Shown here piece by piece: positions 50,810-60,610 of a stretch of 64,000 nt of DNA. A program made the position numbers and the translations under genes. The first letter of the stretch is position 1. Each line of letters starts with the position of its first letter. The notes under the pieces are model-generated. The model saw nothing but the letters and a program-made list of their open reading frames with translations, made no database searches and was not told the DNA's origin. The stretch is from an uncultured delta proteobacterium (GTDB lineage Bacteria > Desulfobacterota > Syntrophia > Syntrophales > Smithellaceae): positions 704,001-768,000 of the forward strand of contig CAVWEH010000005.1 of assembly GCA_963753975.1 (NCBI GenBank), read 5' to 3'.

Positions 50810-51427
50810 TCAGTATTCAATGCCGGCGCGGTCTTTTATGCCCCTATTATAATGATGCTTCACTTCTTGGACTTCGCTTACGGTATCGGCAAGCTCAATT
50901 ATTTCCGGCGGGGCATAACGACCGGTTAAGATTATATCAAGAGCAGGCGGTTTATTTTTAATGAGCTCGATGACCTCCGGCAGAGCGATTAGTTTAAAAT
51001 CCAGCGCTACGTTGATTTCATCGAGAATAACCATATCATATTTGCCGCTCACGATTGCTTTTTTAGCGACGTCCAATCCCTTTTGTGCCAATTCAATGTC
51101 GACAGCCGCGGGATTGTCGCGCATGACAAAGCTATCCAACCCCGACATGCGGACGGTTAAACGGGGAAGATATTTTTCCGCGGCGACGATTTCGCCGTAT
51201 TTTCTTCCCTTCATAAATTGCAGAATAAAAACGCGATAACCCTGCCCGATGGCGCGCAGTGCCTGGCCGAAAGCGGAGGTCGTTTTCCCCTTGCCGTTGC
51301 CCGTGATCACTACGACCAAGCCTTTGTCTGTTTTGCCGGCTTTCTTTTTAGTTTTTTTTGCGGCCGGGGATTTCGCTTTCTTCACGGTTTTGGAAATGGA
51401 CTTTTTTTTGCTTTTCGCTGTCTTCAT
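50810..51427 (-). CDS. cobO: Cob(I)alamin adenosyltransferase (CobA/BtuR type)
   Basis: TGNGKGKTT, QFMKG, LDEIN, LTGR, KH. Confidence 0.9.
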   Translation of the reverse strand: MKTAKSKKKSISKTVKKAKSPAAKKTKKKAGKTDKGLVVVITGNGKGKTTSAFGQALRAIGQGYRVFILQFMKGRKYGEIVAAEKYLPRLTVRMSGLDSFVMRDNPAAVDIELAQKGLDVAKKAIVSGKYDMVILDEINVALDFKLIALPEVIELIKNKPPALDIILTGRYAPPEIIELADTVSEVQEVKHHYNRGIKDRAGIEY

Positions 51428-52398
51428 TTTTTATCCTGTTTTTTAAAAAACCGCTGAGCAATTTCTTCCGCCACGGAATAAGGATCGGCTTTTCTGCTTC
51501 TTATTATTTCGGCAAAGCTCGTGAGTTCGCCGCTTTCGGCAAGCGAGTTTAAAACCGGCTCCAGAAGACAGGCGAAGAGCGCATCGTTTATTTCCGCCAT
51601 AGCTTTCCTGTGCATCCGCTCGGTGAGTTTGCCGCTTTGCTGCAGATAAATATGATGCTCTTCGATTTTTTGCGCCAGCTCGGCGGCGCTTGCAGCGAAT
51701 GTTGTCGGCTCAAAAGCATCACCAATATTGACAATAGGCGGCTGCCAGCCGTCGGCGGCTTTGGACGCCAAATTGAGCATCGAGGTCAATTCCATTTGCA
51801 ATTGCTTGGCACCGGCGCGATTGGCTTTGTTGATGACGAAGATATCGGCTATTTCCATAAGTCCTGCCTTCATCGTCTGAATTTCATCGCCCATTCCGGG
51901 AACAAGCACGACAACGACGCTGTGCGCGTGATTGATAATGTCGATTTCCTGCTGACCGATGCCTACTGTTTCGACAATAATTATATTTTTGCCCATCGCT
52001 TCCATCACGTGAATGGCATCGCCCGCCGCCTGAGACAGGCCGCCCAGTGCACCGCGGGTGGCAAGCGACCGGACAAAAACTCCGGCATCTTCGGCATGGC
52101 GCTGCATACGGATTCTATCGCCTAAGATAGCACCGCCGGTAAAGGGGCTGGTCGGATCAACGGCCAGGACGCCGATGGTTTTATTTTTCTTGCGCAACTC
52201 GGCAATGAGCGCGTTGGTCAGCGTGCTTTTTCCCGCGCCCGGCGCGCCGGTTATTCCGATGATGAAAGATTTGCCGGTATGGGGGTATAGTTTTTTAATT
52301 TTTGCTTTAGCTTCGGGAATCTTATCTTCAATATCCCTGATCAGGCGGGAGGCCAGACGGACATCGCCGCCGCAGATTTTTTTAATAATGGAATCCAT
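51424..52398 (-). CDS. meaB: Mutase-associated GTPase MeaB
   Basis: GAPGAGKST, VDPTSP..GGAILGDRIRM, ETVG, NKA. Confidence 0.92.
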   Translation of the reverse strand: MDSIIKKICGGDVRLASRLIRDIEDKIPEAKAKIKKLYPHTGKSFIIGITGAPGAGKSTLTNALIAELRKKNKTIGVLAVDPTSPFTGGAILGDRIRMQRHAEDAGVFVRSLATRGALGGLSQAAGDAIHVMEAMGKNIIIVETVGIGQQEIDIINHAHSVVVVLVPGMGDEIQTMKAGLMEIADIFVINKANRAGAKQLQMELTSMLNLASKAADGWQPPIVNIGDAFEPTTFAASAAELAQKIEEHHIYLQQSGKLTERMHRKAMAEINDALFACLLEPVLNSLAESGELTSFAEIIRSRKADPYSVAEEIAQRFFKKQDKK

Positions 52399-52422
52399 TT
52401 TTACTTGCCGTTTAACGGAGCT

Positions 52423-52824
52423 TTAGTGCGTTTTTATATTCGTCTTAATCCATTCCACAATAGAATCAAGCGAAGCGCCGGGAGTAAAAATCGCTTTGAT
52501 GCCGGAATCGTATAGCAGGGAAAAATCCTGTTCGGGAATGATGCCGCCGCCGATCACCGTAATGTCGGATGCGCCTTTTTCGCGCAAGATTTCGACAACA
52601 CGCGGAAAGAGCAGACGATGCGCACCGGAAAGACAGCTCAAACCAACTAGGTCGACATCTTCCTGAATTGCGGCCGCCGCGATTTGTTCCGGTGTTTGAT
52701 GACAGCCTGTATAGACGACTTCGAATCCGGCATCGCGGAAACACCGCGCCAGAACGCGGGCGCCGCGGTCGTGGCCGTCAAGCCCCGGTTTGGCAACCAT
52801 CACACGAATTTTTCTTTCCGGCAT
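52423..52824 (-). CDS. Acyl-CoA mutase small (B12-binding) subunit
   Basis: [11 protein letters not shown] (DxHxxG), GLSCL, GGGIIP. Confidence 0.93.
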   Translation of the reverse strand: MPERKIRVMVAKPGLDGHDRGARVLARCFRDAGFEVVYTGCHQTPEQIAAAAIQEDVDLVGLSCLSGAHRLLFPRVVEILREKGASDITVIGGGIIPEQDFSLLYDSGIKAIFTPGASLDSIVEWIKTNIKTH

Positions 52825-52861
52825 AGATATCTCCTTAAAATACTATAGCGACTTTGGAACA

Positions 52862-53015
52862 TTCCCGATGGCCTTCGGCCACGGGATCAATGCAACTAGC
52901 AGATATTGCTGTACTGCGTTTGCAATATCTGAGTTTCATCCCGACAGCTTTCGCTGCGGGATAATTCGACTAACGCTTCAAACTTCACGGTGTTCGTTTT
53001 CAGCGAGTCTCATTA
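52862..53015 (-). repeat. Two tandem family-A repeats starting at the mutase stop codon
   Basis: Reverse complement: TAATGAGACTC...TTAGTCGAATTATCCC...GGGATGAAACTCAGATATTGC...GCAATATCTGCTAGTTG. Confidence 0.82.
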
Positions 53016-54698
53016 CTAATACAGTCCTGGATCTCTGTATTCTCCATAAACTTCGCGGTAGATGTCGCATATTTCCTGCAAGGTAGCCAGATTTTTCACC
53101 GCTTCGATGCAGTGCGGCATGACGTTTTCGCCTTTTTTACAGGCATTTTTTATGTTATCCAGCGACTTTTTAGCGGCGCGGCTGTCGCGCTTGCGGCGCA
53201 CGTCTCTCAGCCTTTTTATTTGTTCCTCGCCGATTTTCTCGTCAATCTCCACGAGCGGAATGGAATGTTGATTGTTGCTCGCATATTTATTCACGCCGAC
53301 CATGATTTTTTCAGCGGTCTCCAACTGCCGCTGAAATTTGTAAGCAGACTCGGCAATTTCCATTTGCGGAAAACCTTTTTCTATGGCGGCAATCATTCCG
53401 CCCATGTCATCAATTTTATGAATGTAGTCCCACGCGGCTTCTTCGATTTCATTGGTCAGAGTTTCGATAAAATAAGAGCCGGCCAGAGGATCGATGGTAT
53501 TGGCGACTCCGGTTTCTTCGGCCAGAATTTGCTGTGTGCGTAATGCAATTTCCGCGGCATGTTCGGAAGGCAGGCAGAAAACTTCGTCTAAAGAATTGGT
53601 ATGCAGAGACTGGGTGCCGCCCAGGACTGCAGCCAATCCTTCCACGGTCGTGCGCACTACATTATTATAAGGCTGTTGAGCGGCGAGCGAACATCCGGCA
53701 GTTTGCGTGTGGAAGCGCAGCCATAGTGAACGGGGATTCCGGGCATGGAAGCGGTCGCGCATAATTTTTGCCCACATGCGCCGCGCCGCCCGCAGTTTAC
53801 AGATCTCCTCAAAAAAATCGATGTGCGAATTAAAAAAGAAAGACAGCCGCGGAGCAAAATCGTCGACATCCAATTTTTTGCGGCGAATAACGTCTTCCAC
53901 ATATTCGATGCCGTCACGGATCGTGAAAGCCAACTCCTGCACGGCGGTGGAGCCGGCCTCGCGAATATGATAACCGCTGATGCTGATGGTGTTCCAGCGT
54001 GGAACATACTTGGTGCCGAATTCGACGGTGTCGCTGATGAGCTTTACCGAAGGCTCCGGCGGACACATAAATGTTTTTTGCGCGATGAATTCCTTGAGCA
54101 TATCGTTTTGAATGGTGCCGCCGATTTTGGCAAGCGGAACACCTCTGATATCCGCTGTCGCGCAATACATTGCCCATAAAATAGTTGCCGGAGGGTTAAT
54201 CGTCATGGAAGTGGTAACTTCGTCCAGAGGAATTCCTTCCATAAGAGCCAGAAAATCCTCCAGGGTATCTATGGCCACGCCGCACTTGCCCACTTCACCC
54301 AGTGCTTTGGGCGAATCGCTGTCGTAGCCCATAAGCGTCGGAAAATCAAAAGCGGTGCTGAGCCCCGTCTGCCCTTCACGCAGAAGCATGTGCCAGCGGT
54401 GGTTGGTATCCTGCGCGCTGCCCATACCGGAAAACATGCGGAACGTCCAGAAGCGCCCGCGGTAGCCGGTAACCTGATTGCCGCGCAGATATGGAAATTC
54501 TCCCGGAACACCGATATCCCGGGCAAAATTAATATCTTTTATATCTTCCGGTGTGTAGAGCCTCTTGATTTCGGCATCCGAAACCGTGGAAAAGCGTTCC
54601 TTCTGATCGGGGTTGTTCTTCAGCGCTTTTTTTACTTCATCCGCCCATTTTTTAGTGAGCTTCAATGAAGCTTCCTGCATTTCTTTGGAGAAATACAC
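53016..54698 (-). CDS. B12-dependent acyl-CoA mutase large subunit (isobutyryl-CoA mutase-like residues)
   Basis: GLSTAFD, TIQND, ISGYHIREAG, QSLHTNS; RMFSG and EFIAQ; GTG start after AGGAGG. Confidence 0.92.
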   Translation of the reverse strand: MYFSKEMQEASLKLTKKWADEVKKALKNNPDQKERFSTVSDAEIKRLYTPEDIKDINFARDIGVPGEFPYLRGNQVTGYRGRFWTFRMFSGMGSAQDTNHRWHMLLREGQTGLSTAFDFPTLMGYDSDSPKALGEVGKCGVAIDTLEDFLALMEGIPLDEVTTSMTINPPATILWAMYCATADIRGVPLAKIGGTIQNDMLKEFIAQKTFMCPPEPSVKLISDTVEFGTKYVPRWNTISISGYHIREAGSTAVQELAFTIRDGIEYVEDVIRRKKLDVDDFAPRLSFFFNSHIDFFEEICKLRAARRMWAKIMRDRFHARNPRSLWLRFHTQTAGCSLAAQQPYNNVVRTTVEGLAAVLGGTQSLHTNSLDEVFCLPSEHAAEIALRTQQILAEETGVANTIDPLAGSYFIETLTNEIEEAAWDYIHKIDDMGGMIAAIEKGFPQMEIAESAYKFQRQLETAEKIMVGVNKYASNNQHSIPLVEIDEKIGEEQIKRLRDVRRKRDSRAAKKSLDNIKNACKKGENVMPHCIEAVKNLATLQEICDIYREVYGEYRDPGLY

Positions 54699-54865
54699 TA
54701 CCCGCCTCCTCGTATTACCGCATGGAATAATTAAGAATAATTGCCTGCAAAAACTAGAAGGCAACTAACTCAAATGTTTGGTTTTTGTCAAGTTATATTA
54801 ATGTAATTGGGGCTGGATTAACGTCTGTGGAGGAATGAAAATGAGGCAGTTATGAAGCTGAGAAA

Positions 54866-54915
54866 TAAAAAAAGCGCTCCAGCGCAATTTTCATGCACCG
54901 GAGCGCTTCCTTTTT
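54866..54915 (-). terminator. Terminator after csp gene
   Basis: AAGCGCTCC / GGAGCGCTT stem with flanking A and T runs. Confidence 0.7.
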
Positions 54916-54931
54916 GCCATGACGTTTATGC

Positions 54932-55132
54932 TTAAACAGCTTTGACGTTTTCAGCTTCGGGGCCTTTTTTGCCTTCTTTAACATCGAAGCTTACCTGCTG
55001 GCCTTCAGCTAAGGTCTTAAAACCACTGGCTTGAATCGCGCTGAAATGAACAAACACATCCGCGCCGCCTTCTTGCTCGATAAAACCAAAGCCTTTGCGT
55101 TCATTGAACCACTTTACTTTGCCTTCTGACAT
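54932..55132 (-). CDS. cspA: Cold-shock protein
   Basis: [31 protein letters not shown]. Confidence 0.95.
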   Translation of the reverse strand: MSEGKVKWFNERKGFGFIEQEGGADVFVHFSAIQASGFKTLAEGQQVSFDVKEGKKGPEAENVKAV

Positions 55133-55189
55133 TGTGTAGTATCCTCCTTTCTTAAAATTTCCAAGTCGAACCAACACAATGACAGAATC

Positions 55190-55227
55190 AAAAAAAACCG
55201 CCAAGACTCTAAAGAACATGGCGGCTT
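55190..55227 (-). promoter_or_regulatory. Leader hairpin plus U-run upstream of csp
   Basis: AGCCGCCA...TGGCGGTTTTTTTT; homologous to 9514-9548. Confidence 0.5.
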
Positions 55228-55494
55228 ACCTTTGTACTTCAAAATGTCTAAATTCAACTCTCTATTCCGCGCCTCTCTGCTCACATAGAACAAATACACG
55301 AAACTGAAAGTGATACTATGTGTAATATCAAGTAAAGTCAAGACATATTTAAACTTATTTAAAAACAGTAAAAAGTCGTTAATTAAAGAGAAAGACGGCA
55401 TGCGAACGAATATCTATTTCTGCCGATGACGCAAGCTTTAATTCATATCGTAGGCTATTTAATATCATCGGCCAAAATATATCTTGACCTTTTG

Positions 55495-55521
55495 GTAATA
55501 TTTTTTATATATTCGTGTCAC
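55495..55521. promoter_or_regulatory. Putative NikR operator
   Basis: Imperfect spaced palindrome GTAATAT-N13-GTGTCAC just downstream of TTGACC. Confidence 0.45.
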
Positions 55522-55544
55522 GCTAAATCAGCGGGAGGAAATCT

Positions 55545-55961
55545 ATGTCCAATCTGGTTCGTTTCGGCGTATCGCTGGAAGATGACCTTTTAAATAAATT
55601 TGACCGGCATATAAAACAGCATAAATATACAAATCGTTCCGAAGCAGTCCGCGATTTAATCCGGGAAGAATTGGTCAAGAAAGAATGGATGGAGAACAAA
55701 GAAGTTACCGGTGCGGTAACTCTGGTTTATGATCATCATACAAGGGAACTGGTCAACAAAGTTCTGGATATCCAGCATGATCATCACGACTGCATTCTCT
55801 CGACGCAGCACATTCATCTTGATCATCACAATTGCTTTGAAATTATTGTCACCAGAGGCAAATCAACGGAAATCGAAAAGCTTTTTATGAAGCTAAAATC
55901 GGTCAAAAGTGTAAAACATGCCGGTTTTATGATGGCTACAAAAGGAAAGGATTTAGCCTGA
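55545..55961 (+). CDS. nikR: Nickel-responsive regulator
   Basis: RFGVSL...NRSEAVRDLIR (RHH), HIHLDHHNC. Confidence 0.95.
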   Translation: MSNLVRFGVSLEDDLLNKFDRHIKQHKYTNRSEAVRDLIREELVKKEWMENKEVTGAVTLVYDHHTRELVNKVLDIQHDHHDCILSTQHIHLDHHNCFEIIVTRGKSTEIEKLFMKLKSVKSVKHAGFMMATKGKDLA

Positions 55962-55988
55962 TAACACAGAAGGGCAGTAAACAAACTA

Positions 55989-56639
55989 ATGCATATACCC
56001 GATGGCTTTTTAGCCACAAATACATGGGCTCCGGCCTGGGTAATTTCAACCGGCACAATTGGCTATTGCTTGAAAAAAACGGCCGGCATGCTCAAAGACA
56101 AAATGGTGCCCTTAATGGGCATCATGTCTGCCTTTGTCTTCGCTGCGCAGATGATTAACTTCCCCGTTATCGGCGGCACCTCCGGCCACTTGTTAGGTGG
56201 AGTGTTGGCGGCTGTATTGCTTGGGCCTTATGCCGGCGCGGTAGTTCTTACCTGTGTATTGATTTTTCAGTGTCTAATTTTTCAGGATGGAGGCCTCTTG
56301 GCCCTCGGAGCCAACATTTTCAATATGGCCATTATTGGAACGCTCGGAGGCTACGTTATTTTTAATGTTCTCCATAAAATATTCGGCAGTAAAAAAGGTT
56401 TTGTTATCGGAGCTGCTGTCGCTTCCTGGTTTTCCGTAGTGCTGGCCGCGGTTTTCTGCGCTTTGGAACTGGCCATTTCCGGAACATCGCCTCTGGGCAT
56501 TGTTCTTCCGGCTATGGCGGGAATACATGCGTTGATCGGTGTGGGGGAGGCAATAATCACGGTCGCTGTTCTTAGTTTTGTGCAAAAAGTAAGGCCGGAT
56601 TTAATTTACGGATTTGCAGAAGAAATTAATAAATTATGA
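55989..56639 (+). CDS. cbiM: ECF Ni/Co transporter S component (CbiM/NikM)
   Basis: MHIPDGFL N-terminus, GTSGH, DGG. Confidence 0.92.
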   Translation: MHIPDGFLATNTWAPAWVISTGTIGYCLKKTAGMLKDKMVPLMGIMSAFVFAAQMINFPVIGGTSGHLLGGVLAAVLLGPYAGAVVLTCVLIFQCLIFQDGGLLALGANIFNMAIIGTLGGYVIFNVLHKIFGSKKGFVIGAAVASWFSVVLAAVFCALELAISGTSPLGIVLPAMAGIHALIGVGEAIITVAVLSFVQKVRPDLIYGFAEEINKL

Positions 56640-57712
56640 ATAGAAAAGACATTGTTATGGGACTTATCATCGCGGTAATTGTAGCGTTTTTCCTGTCGCC
56701 GCTGGCCTCAACCTTACCTGATGGCTTGGAAAAAGTCGCTCATGATCATGGATTTATTGTCAAAGGCGAGCAGGGCTCCGTTTTCAAATCGCTTATCCCT
56801 GATTATATATTTCCGGGACTGAAAAATGAAAAAATGGCGACTGCCATATCGGGCCTCCTCGGAACATTGGTTATCTTTGGAATTGGCTATGGGTTGGCTA
56901 TCTTGCTTAAAAAGAACGAAGGATTGAAGATGAATCATTCATTTATTGATGAACATAGTCACATTGACAGTATGTTGAGCCGTCTTGATGCCAGAACTAA
57001 AATCGTCAGTTTCTTTGCCTTCATTTTTTTCGTCATCTTTACCGCGCCCGGTTCCGTTCTAAGTTTTGCACTGTATGGCTTATTACTGCTCACACTCATT
57101 GCATTCTCTAAAATACCGATAAGTTATATCTTCAAACGATGCCTGGTGATTGCCCCCTTTATTTTGATGACAGCGCTTTTCCTGCCTTTTTGGCAGCAGG
57201 GAGAAACCATAACGCTGTTCCAAATCGGTACTTTTCAGGCAAATGTCTCCGCTGCCGGATGGATAATGTTTCAAAGTGTTTTGATCAAAGGCATTTTTTC
57301 TGTTGCCTGCCTCACATTACTTACGGCCAGCACGCCTTTTCCGCAGCTACTGGCGGCGCTGGAAGATTTGAAATTTCCCCAATTAATTATCATGATTTTA
57401 TCTTTTATGTATCGTTATATTTTTTTAATAGAAGATGAAGCCATGAAAATGTGGCAAGCGATGAAATCGCGCCGCGCCGGCGGTTCCCGCTGGCTTCATT
57501 TAAAAGCACTAGCCGACATGCTCGGCACACTTTTTATCAGGTCATATGAGCGGGGCGAAAGAGTTTATCTCGCAATGCGTTCCCGTGGGTTTGACGGAAC
57601 TTTCCAGCAATCACATAATTTCGAATTAAGAAGATACGATCTGGCTTTTCTTTTTAATATATTCTTGGCTTTAGTCAGCATTAAACTTCTGGATAATTTC
57701 CTTGGAAAATAA
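56636..57712 (+). CDS. cbiQ: PDGLE (NikN) domain fused in frame to ECF T component CbiQ
   Basis: PDGLEKVA; LDARTK; RSYERGERVYLAMRSRGF. Confidence 0.82.
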   Translation: MNRKDIVMGLIIAVIVAFFLSPLASTLPDGLEKVAHDHGFIVKGEQGSVFKSLIPDYIFPGLKNEKMATAISGLLGTLVIFGIGYGLAILLKKNEGLKMNHSFIDEHSHIDSMLSRLDARTKIVSFFAFIFFVIFTAPGSVLSFALYGLLLLTLIAFSKIPISYIFKRCLVIAPFILMTALFLPFWQQGETITLFQIGTFQANVSAAGWIMFQSVLIKGIFSVACLTLLTASTPFPQLLAALEDLKFPQLIIMILSFMYRYIFLIEDEAMKMWQAMKSRRAGGSRWLHLKALADMLGTLFIRSYERGERVYLAMRSRGFDGTFQQSHNFELRRYDLAFLFNIFLALVSIKLLDNFLGK

Positions 57713-58395
57713 AATCATCAGCATAAAAAATCTGCATTATTCTTATCCGGACGGCACAAAAGCTCTCTCGGATATAAATCTGGAAATTCAGCGCGGCGAA
57801 TCACTGGGAATAGTAGGCGCGAATGGCGCGGGTAAATCCACTCTCCTTCTTCATTTCAACGGTATATTGCAGGGACGCGGAGAGATTAGTGTTTTGGGTA
57901 AGGATTTAACCGATAAAAATCTTCCCTTGATTCGAAGTATGGTCGGATTAGTTTTCCAAGACGCTGACAGCCAGCTTTTTATGCCCACAGTGTTTGACGA
58001 TGTCAGCTTCGGGCCGATAAATATGGGAATGCCCAGACAGGACGTGGAGAAATCCGTTAAAAAAGCGCTGAAAGAAGTGGACATGCTGGCATCTATTAAG
58101 AGATCAGCGCATCATTTAAGCGTCGGGAGAAAAAAAACGAATTGCCATTGCTACGGTTTTATCTATGAATCCGCAAATTCTCGTTCTGGATGAACCAAGC
58201 AGCAACCTGGACCCCAAACACCGGCGCGCTTTGATCAAACTGTTGAATATGCTGGAGATGACTAAAATTATTGCCACTCACGATTTGGATTTAATTAGTC
58301 AAACTTGTTCTCGCGTAGTTTTAATGGAAGAAGGGAAAATCGTTTCCGGCGGCCTTTGCCCGGATTTCTTGGCTGAAGCTGCCGCTCTTTGCTAA
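57702..58395 (+). CDS. cbiO: ECF ATPase CbiO, frameshift in the poly-A near 58130
   Basis: GANGAGKST, VFQD, LSVG, LVLDEP. Confidence 0.88.
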
Positions 58396-58565
58396 AAACA
58401 GAGAGGCTTCTTCTCCTTCACTCTATGTCCTTCCGGCAATAACTTTTGTTGTTAGTTGTTAACCGTTTCAGCGGAAGTTGTGAGCTAATTGATTATGTCT
58501 CAAGCTATAATACTTATAATTTTATCCAAAACATGATAAAAGCAGTAACTAGAGTAGAAGACCAT

Positions 58566-59318
58566 ATGACTGCCAGTGCCGAAAAACCTGAAGAATTGAA
58601 CCGGAATGAAATGGCGAAGCTGATAATGGACTTGCTTCATCGCACTATCGTCCATCACGCTCTCTGGTTTGGTGAGGTGGAGCATCAGTTGGGTATGCCC
58701 AAGGCTCTGGAAATTATGAATGAAGCCTGGCAGAAAAGCTATCCCCTTCAAATCAAAAGACTCTCCGAAATATTCGGCTTCAAAATCAAAGATTCGATTC
58801 CCGAAGCCCTGCTTTCCAAGGATAAAGCGGATTTATTAAAGATCATGGAGGAACTCAGCAAAAATTGGCTCGCCTCCGATGGCGTCTGGTTTCAGACCGT
58901 TGAGTCTCATTATGATTTGTGGGAAGCAAAACGCTGCAATGATTCTTGCTGGGCGCGGTTTTCTCCCTTCGAGGCTTCATCCATTAAGAAATTTCTTCAA
59001 CTTCCGGAGTCAGCGGGATTGGAAGGCTTGAAAAAAGCGCTGCGCTTTCGTCTTTATGCCTGTATAAATATGCAAAGCATCATTGATGATACGGAACAAA
59101 GCATCATTTTTCAAATGAATGACTGCCGTGTACAATCAGCCAGAAAGCGCAAGGGACTCACAGATTATCCCTGCAAATCGGCAGGACTTGTCGAATACCG
59201 GACATTCGCCGAAACCATCGATAGCCGCATTAAGACTAAGTGCATCGGCTGCCCGCCCGATGAGCACCCAGCCGAGTGGTTTTGCTCCTGGCGGTTCTAC
59301 TTAGAGGATAAAGTTTAA
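58566..59318 (+). CDS. DUF6125-like protein (Cys-containing, Deltaproteobacteria)
   Basis: NWLA.DG.WF, CRVQ.ARKRKGL.DYPCK, CPPDEHP..W.C.W. Confidence 0.7.
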   Translation: MTASAEKPEELNRNEMAKLIMDLLHRTIVHHALWFGEVEHQLGMPKALEIMNEAWQKSYPLQIKRLSEIFGFKIKDSIPEALLSKDKADLLKIMEELSKNWLASDGVWFQTVESHYDLWEAKRCNDSCWARFSPFEASSIKKFLQLPESAGLEGLKKALRFRLYACINMQSIIDDTEQSIIFQMNDCRVQSARKRKGLTDYPCKSAGLVEYRTFAETIDSRIKTKCIGCPPDEHPAEWFCSWRFYLEDKV

Positions 59319-59365
59319 ATAGGAGAAAAGGGCTGTTCCTAAAGGAATAAAGAAAGCAGAGCTAT

Positions 59366-59650
59366 ATGAAAAAAATCAGCGCGGTCATTTTTATTATCTT
59401 TTTAATTGGTGCTTCAGTATTTCTTCTCAACATATATAGACAGGCAGCGCCACCAAAAATCTTCTACCTGTTCATTGCTTTTGTTGGAGCGTTTATTGTC
59501 GCGGACATAGTTATTTATAAAATCATGAGGAAAAGATTTACCGATAATACATTGATAATGAAACTCTATACTCTGTTCAGTTTTATTGTTTTGGGTCTAT
59601 TGCTGTACGTGTTTGCATTGTATATATATCCCGGTTTTTCACCGGAATGA
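59366..59650 (+). CDS. Small 3-TM hypothetical protein
   Basis: Hydrophobic 94-aa ORF. Confidence 0.6.
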   Translation: MKKISAVIFIIFLIGASVFLLNIYRQAAPPKIFYLFIAFVGAFIVADIVIYKIMRKRFTDNTLIMKLYTLFSFIVLGLLLYVFALYIYPGFSPE

Positions 59651-59748
59651 CAAAGAGGTGAAATTGCCATACGACATGCTCAGTATACGACAAATTTCCC
59701 TGCAGGGTAAGTGTTCGAAGAATAAAAATATTAAGGAGTTAATTTATT

Positions 59749-60582
59749 ATGATACCAGATCACCACCCCGCTAAATTCCGCGGGGCATCACAGTACGTTC
59801 TTGATGAGGAATTGGCTAAAATTGTGAATATTTCTATGGCTCTGGAAATGCCCCTTTTGCTCAAGGGAGAACCGGGCACAGGAAAAACAATGCTGGCGCA
59901 TGCCATTGCGGAAAGTTTGCATATGCCGTTGATTGTTCTCAACGTTAAATCCAGCATGAAATTGATCGATGCTCTTTACCAATACGATACCTTAACCCGT
60001 CTCAATGACAGCCGTTTTGGCGATTCGAATCGCGACGTCAGCAATATCGAAGAATACCTCAAGATGGGAAAAATCGGCCAGGCCTTTGCTGCGGAAAAAA
60101 AAGTCGTTCTTTTGATTGATGAGATTGACAAAGCGGATACCGATTTTCAGGACGATATGCTGGATATTCTCGATCAAATGCAATTCGATATTATCGAAAT
60201 TGATAAAACAATTTCCGCCAAAAACCGGCCGGTGATTATCATCACTTCCAATGCGAAAAAAGATTTATCCGATCCCTTCCTGGGCCGCTGTAATTTTCAT
60301 CACATCGCTTTTCCCGATCATGACTTGATGCGCCAGATTATCGGAGTGCATTTTCCCGATTTAAACAATGATCTGACGGCGGCGTGTCTCGATACTTTTT
60401 ACCGGTTGCGGGAAGTTCGCGGCGTCGAGAAAAAACCGGCGACGCGCGAGTTGATTAACTGGATTCGCGCCCTGCAGGCCGATACCGATTTCCAGTTGAA
60501 GAATCTAAAAGCGGGCAATGTTCCTTATCTGGGAGTGCTATTCAAAAAGAGCAATGATTTTTATCTGGCCGCCAGCCAATAA
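59749..60582 (+). CDS. MoxR family AAA+ ATPase
   Basis: GEPGTGKT, LIDEIDKAD, KKPATREL. Confidence 0.92.
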   Translation: MIPDHHPAKFRGASQYVLDEELAKIVNISMALEMPLLLKGEPGTGKTMLAHAIAESLHMPLIVLNVKSSMKLIDALYQYDTLTRLNDSRFGDSNRDVSNIEEYLKMGKIGQAFAAEKKVVLLIDEIDKADTDFQDDMLDILDQMQFDIIEIDKTISAKNRPVIIITSNAKKDLSDPFLGRCNFHHIAFPDHDLMRQIIGVHFPDLNNDLTAACLDTFYRLREVRGVEKKPATRELINWIRALQADTDFQLKNLKAGNVPYLGVLFKKSNDFYLAASQ

Positions 60583-60610
60583 TTTAATGTAAGGTAAGAT
60601 ATAAAAAATT

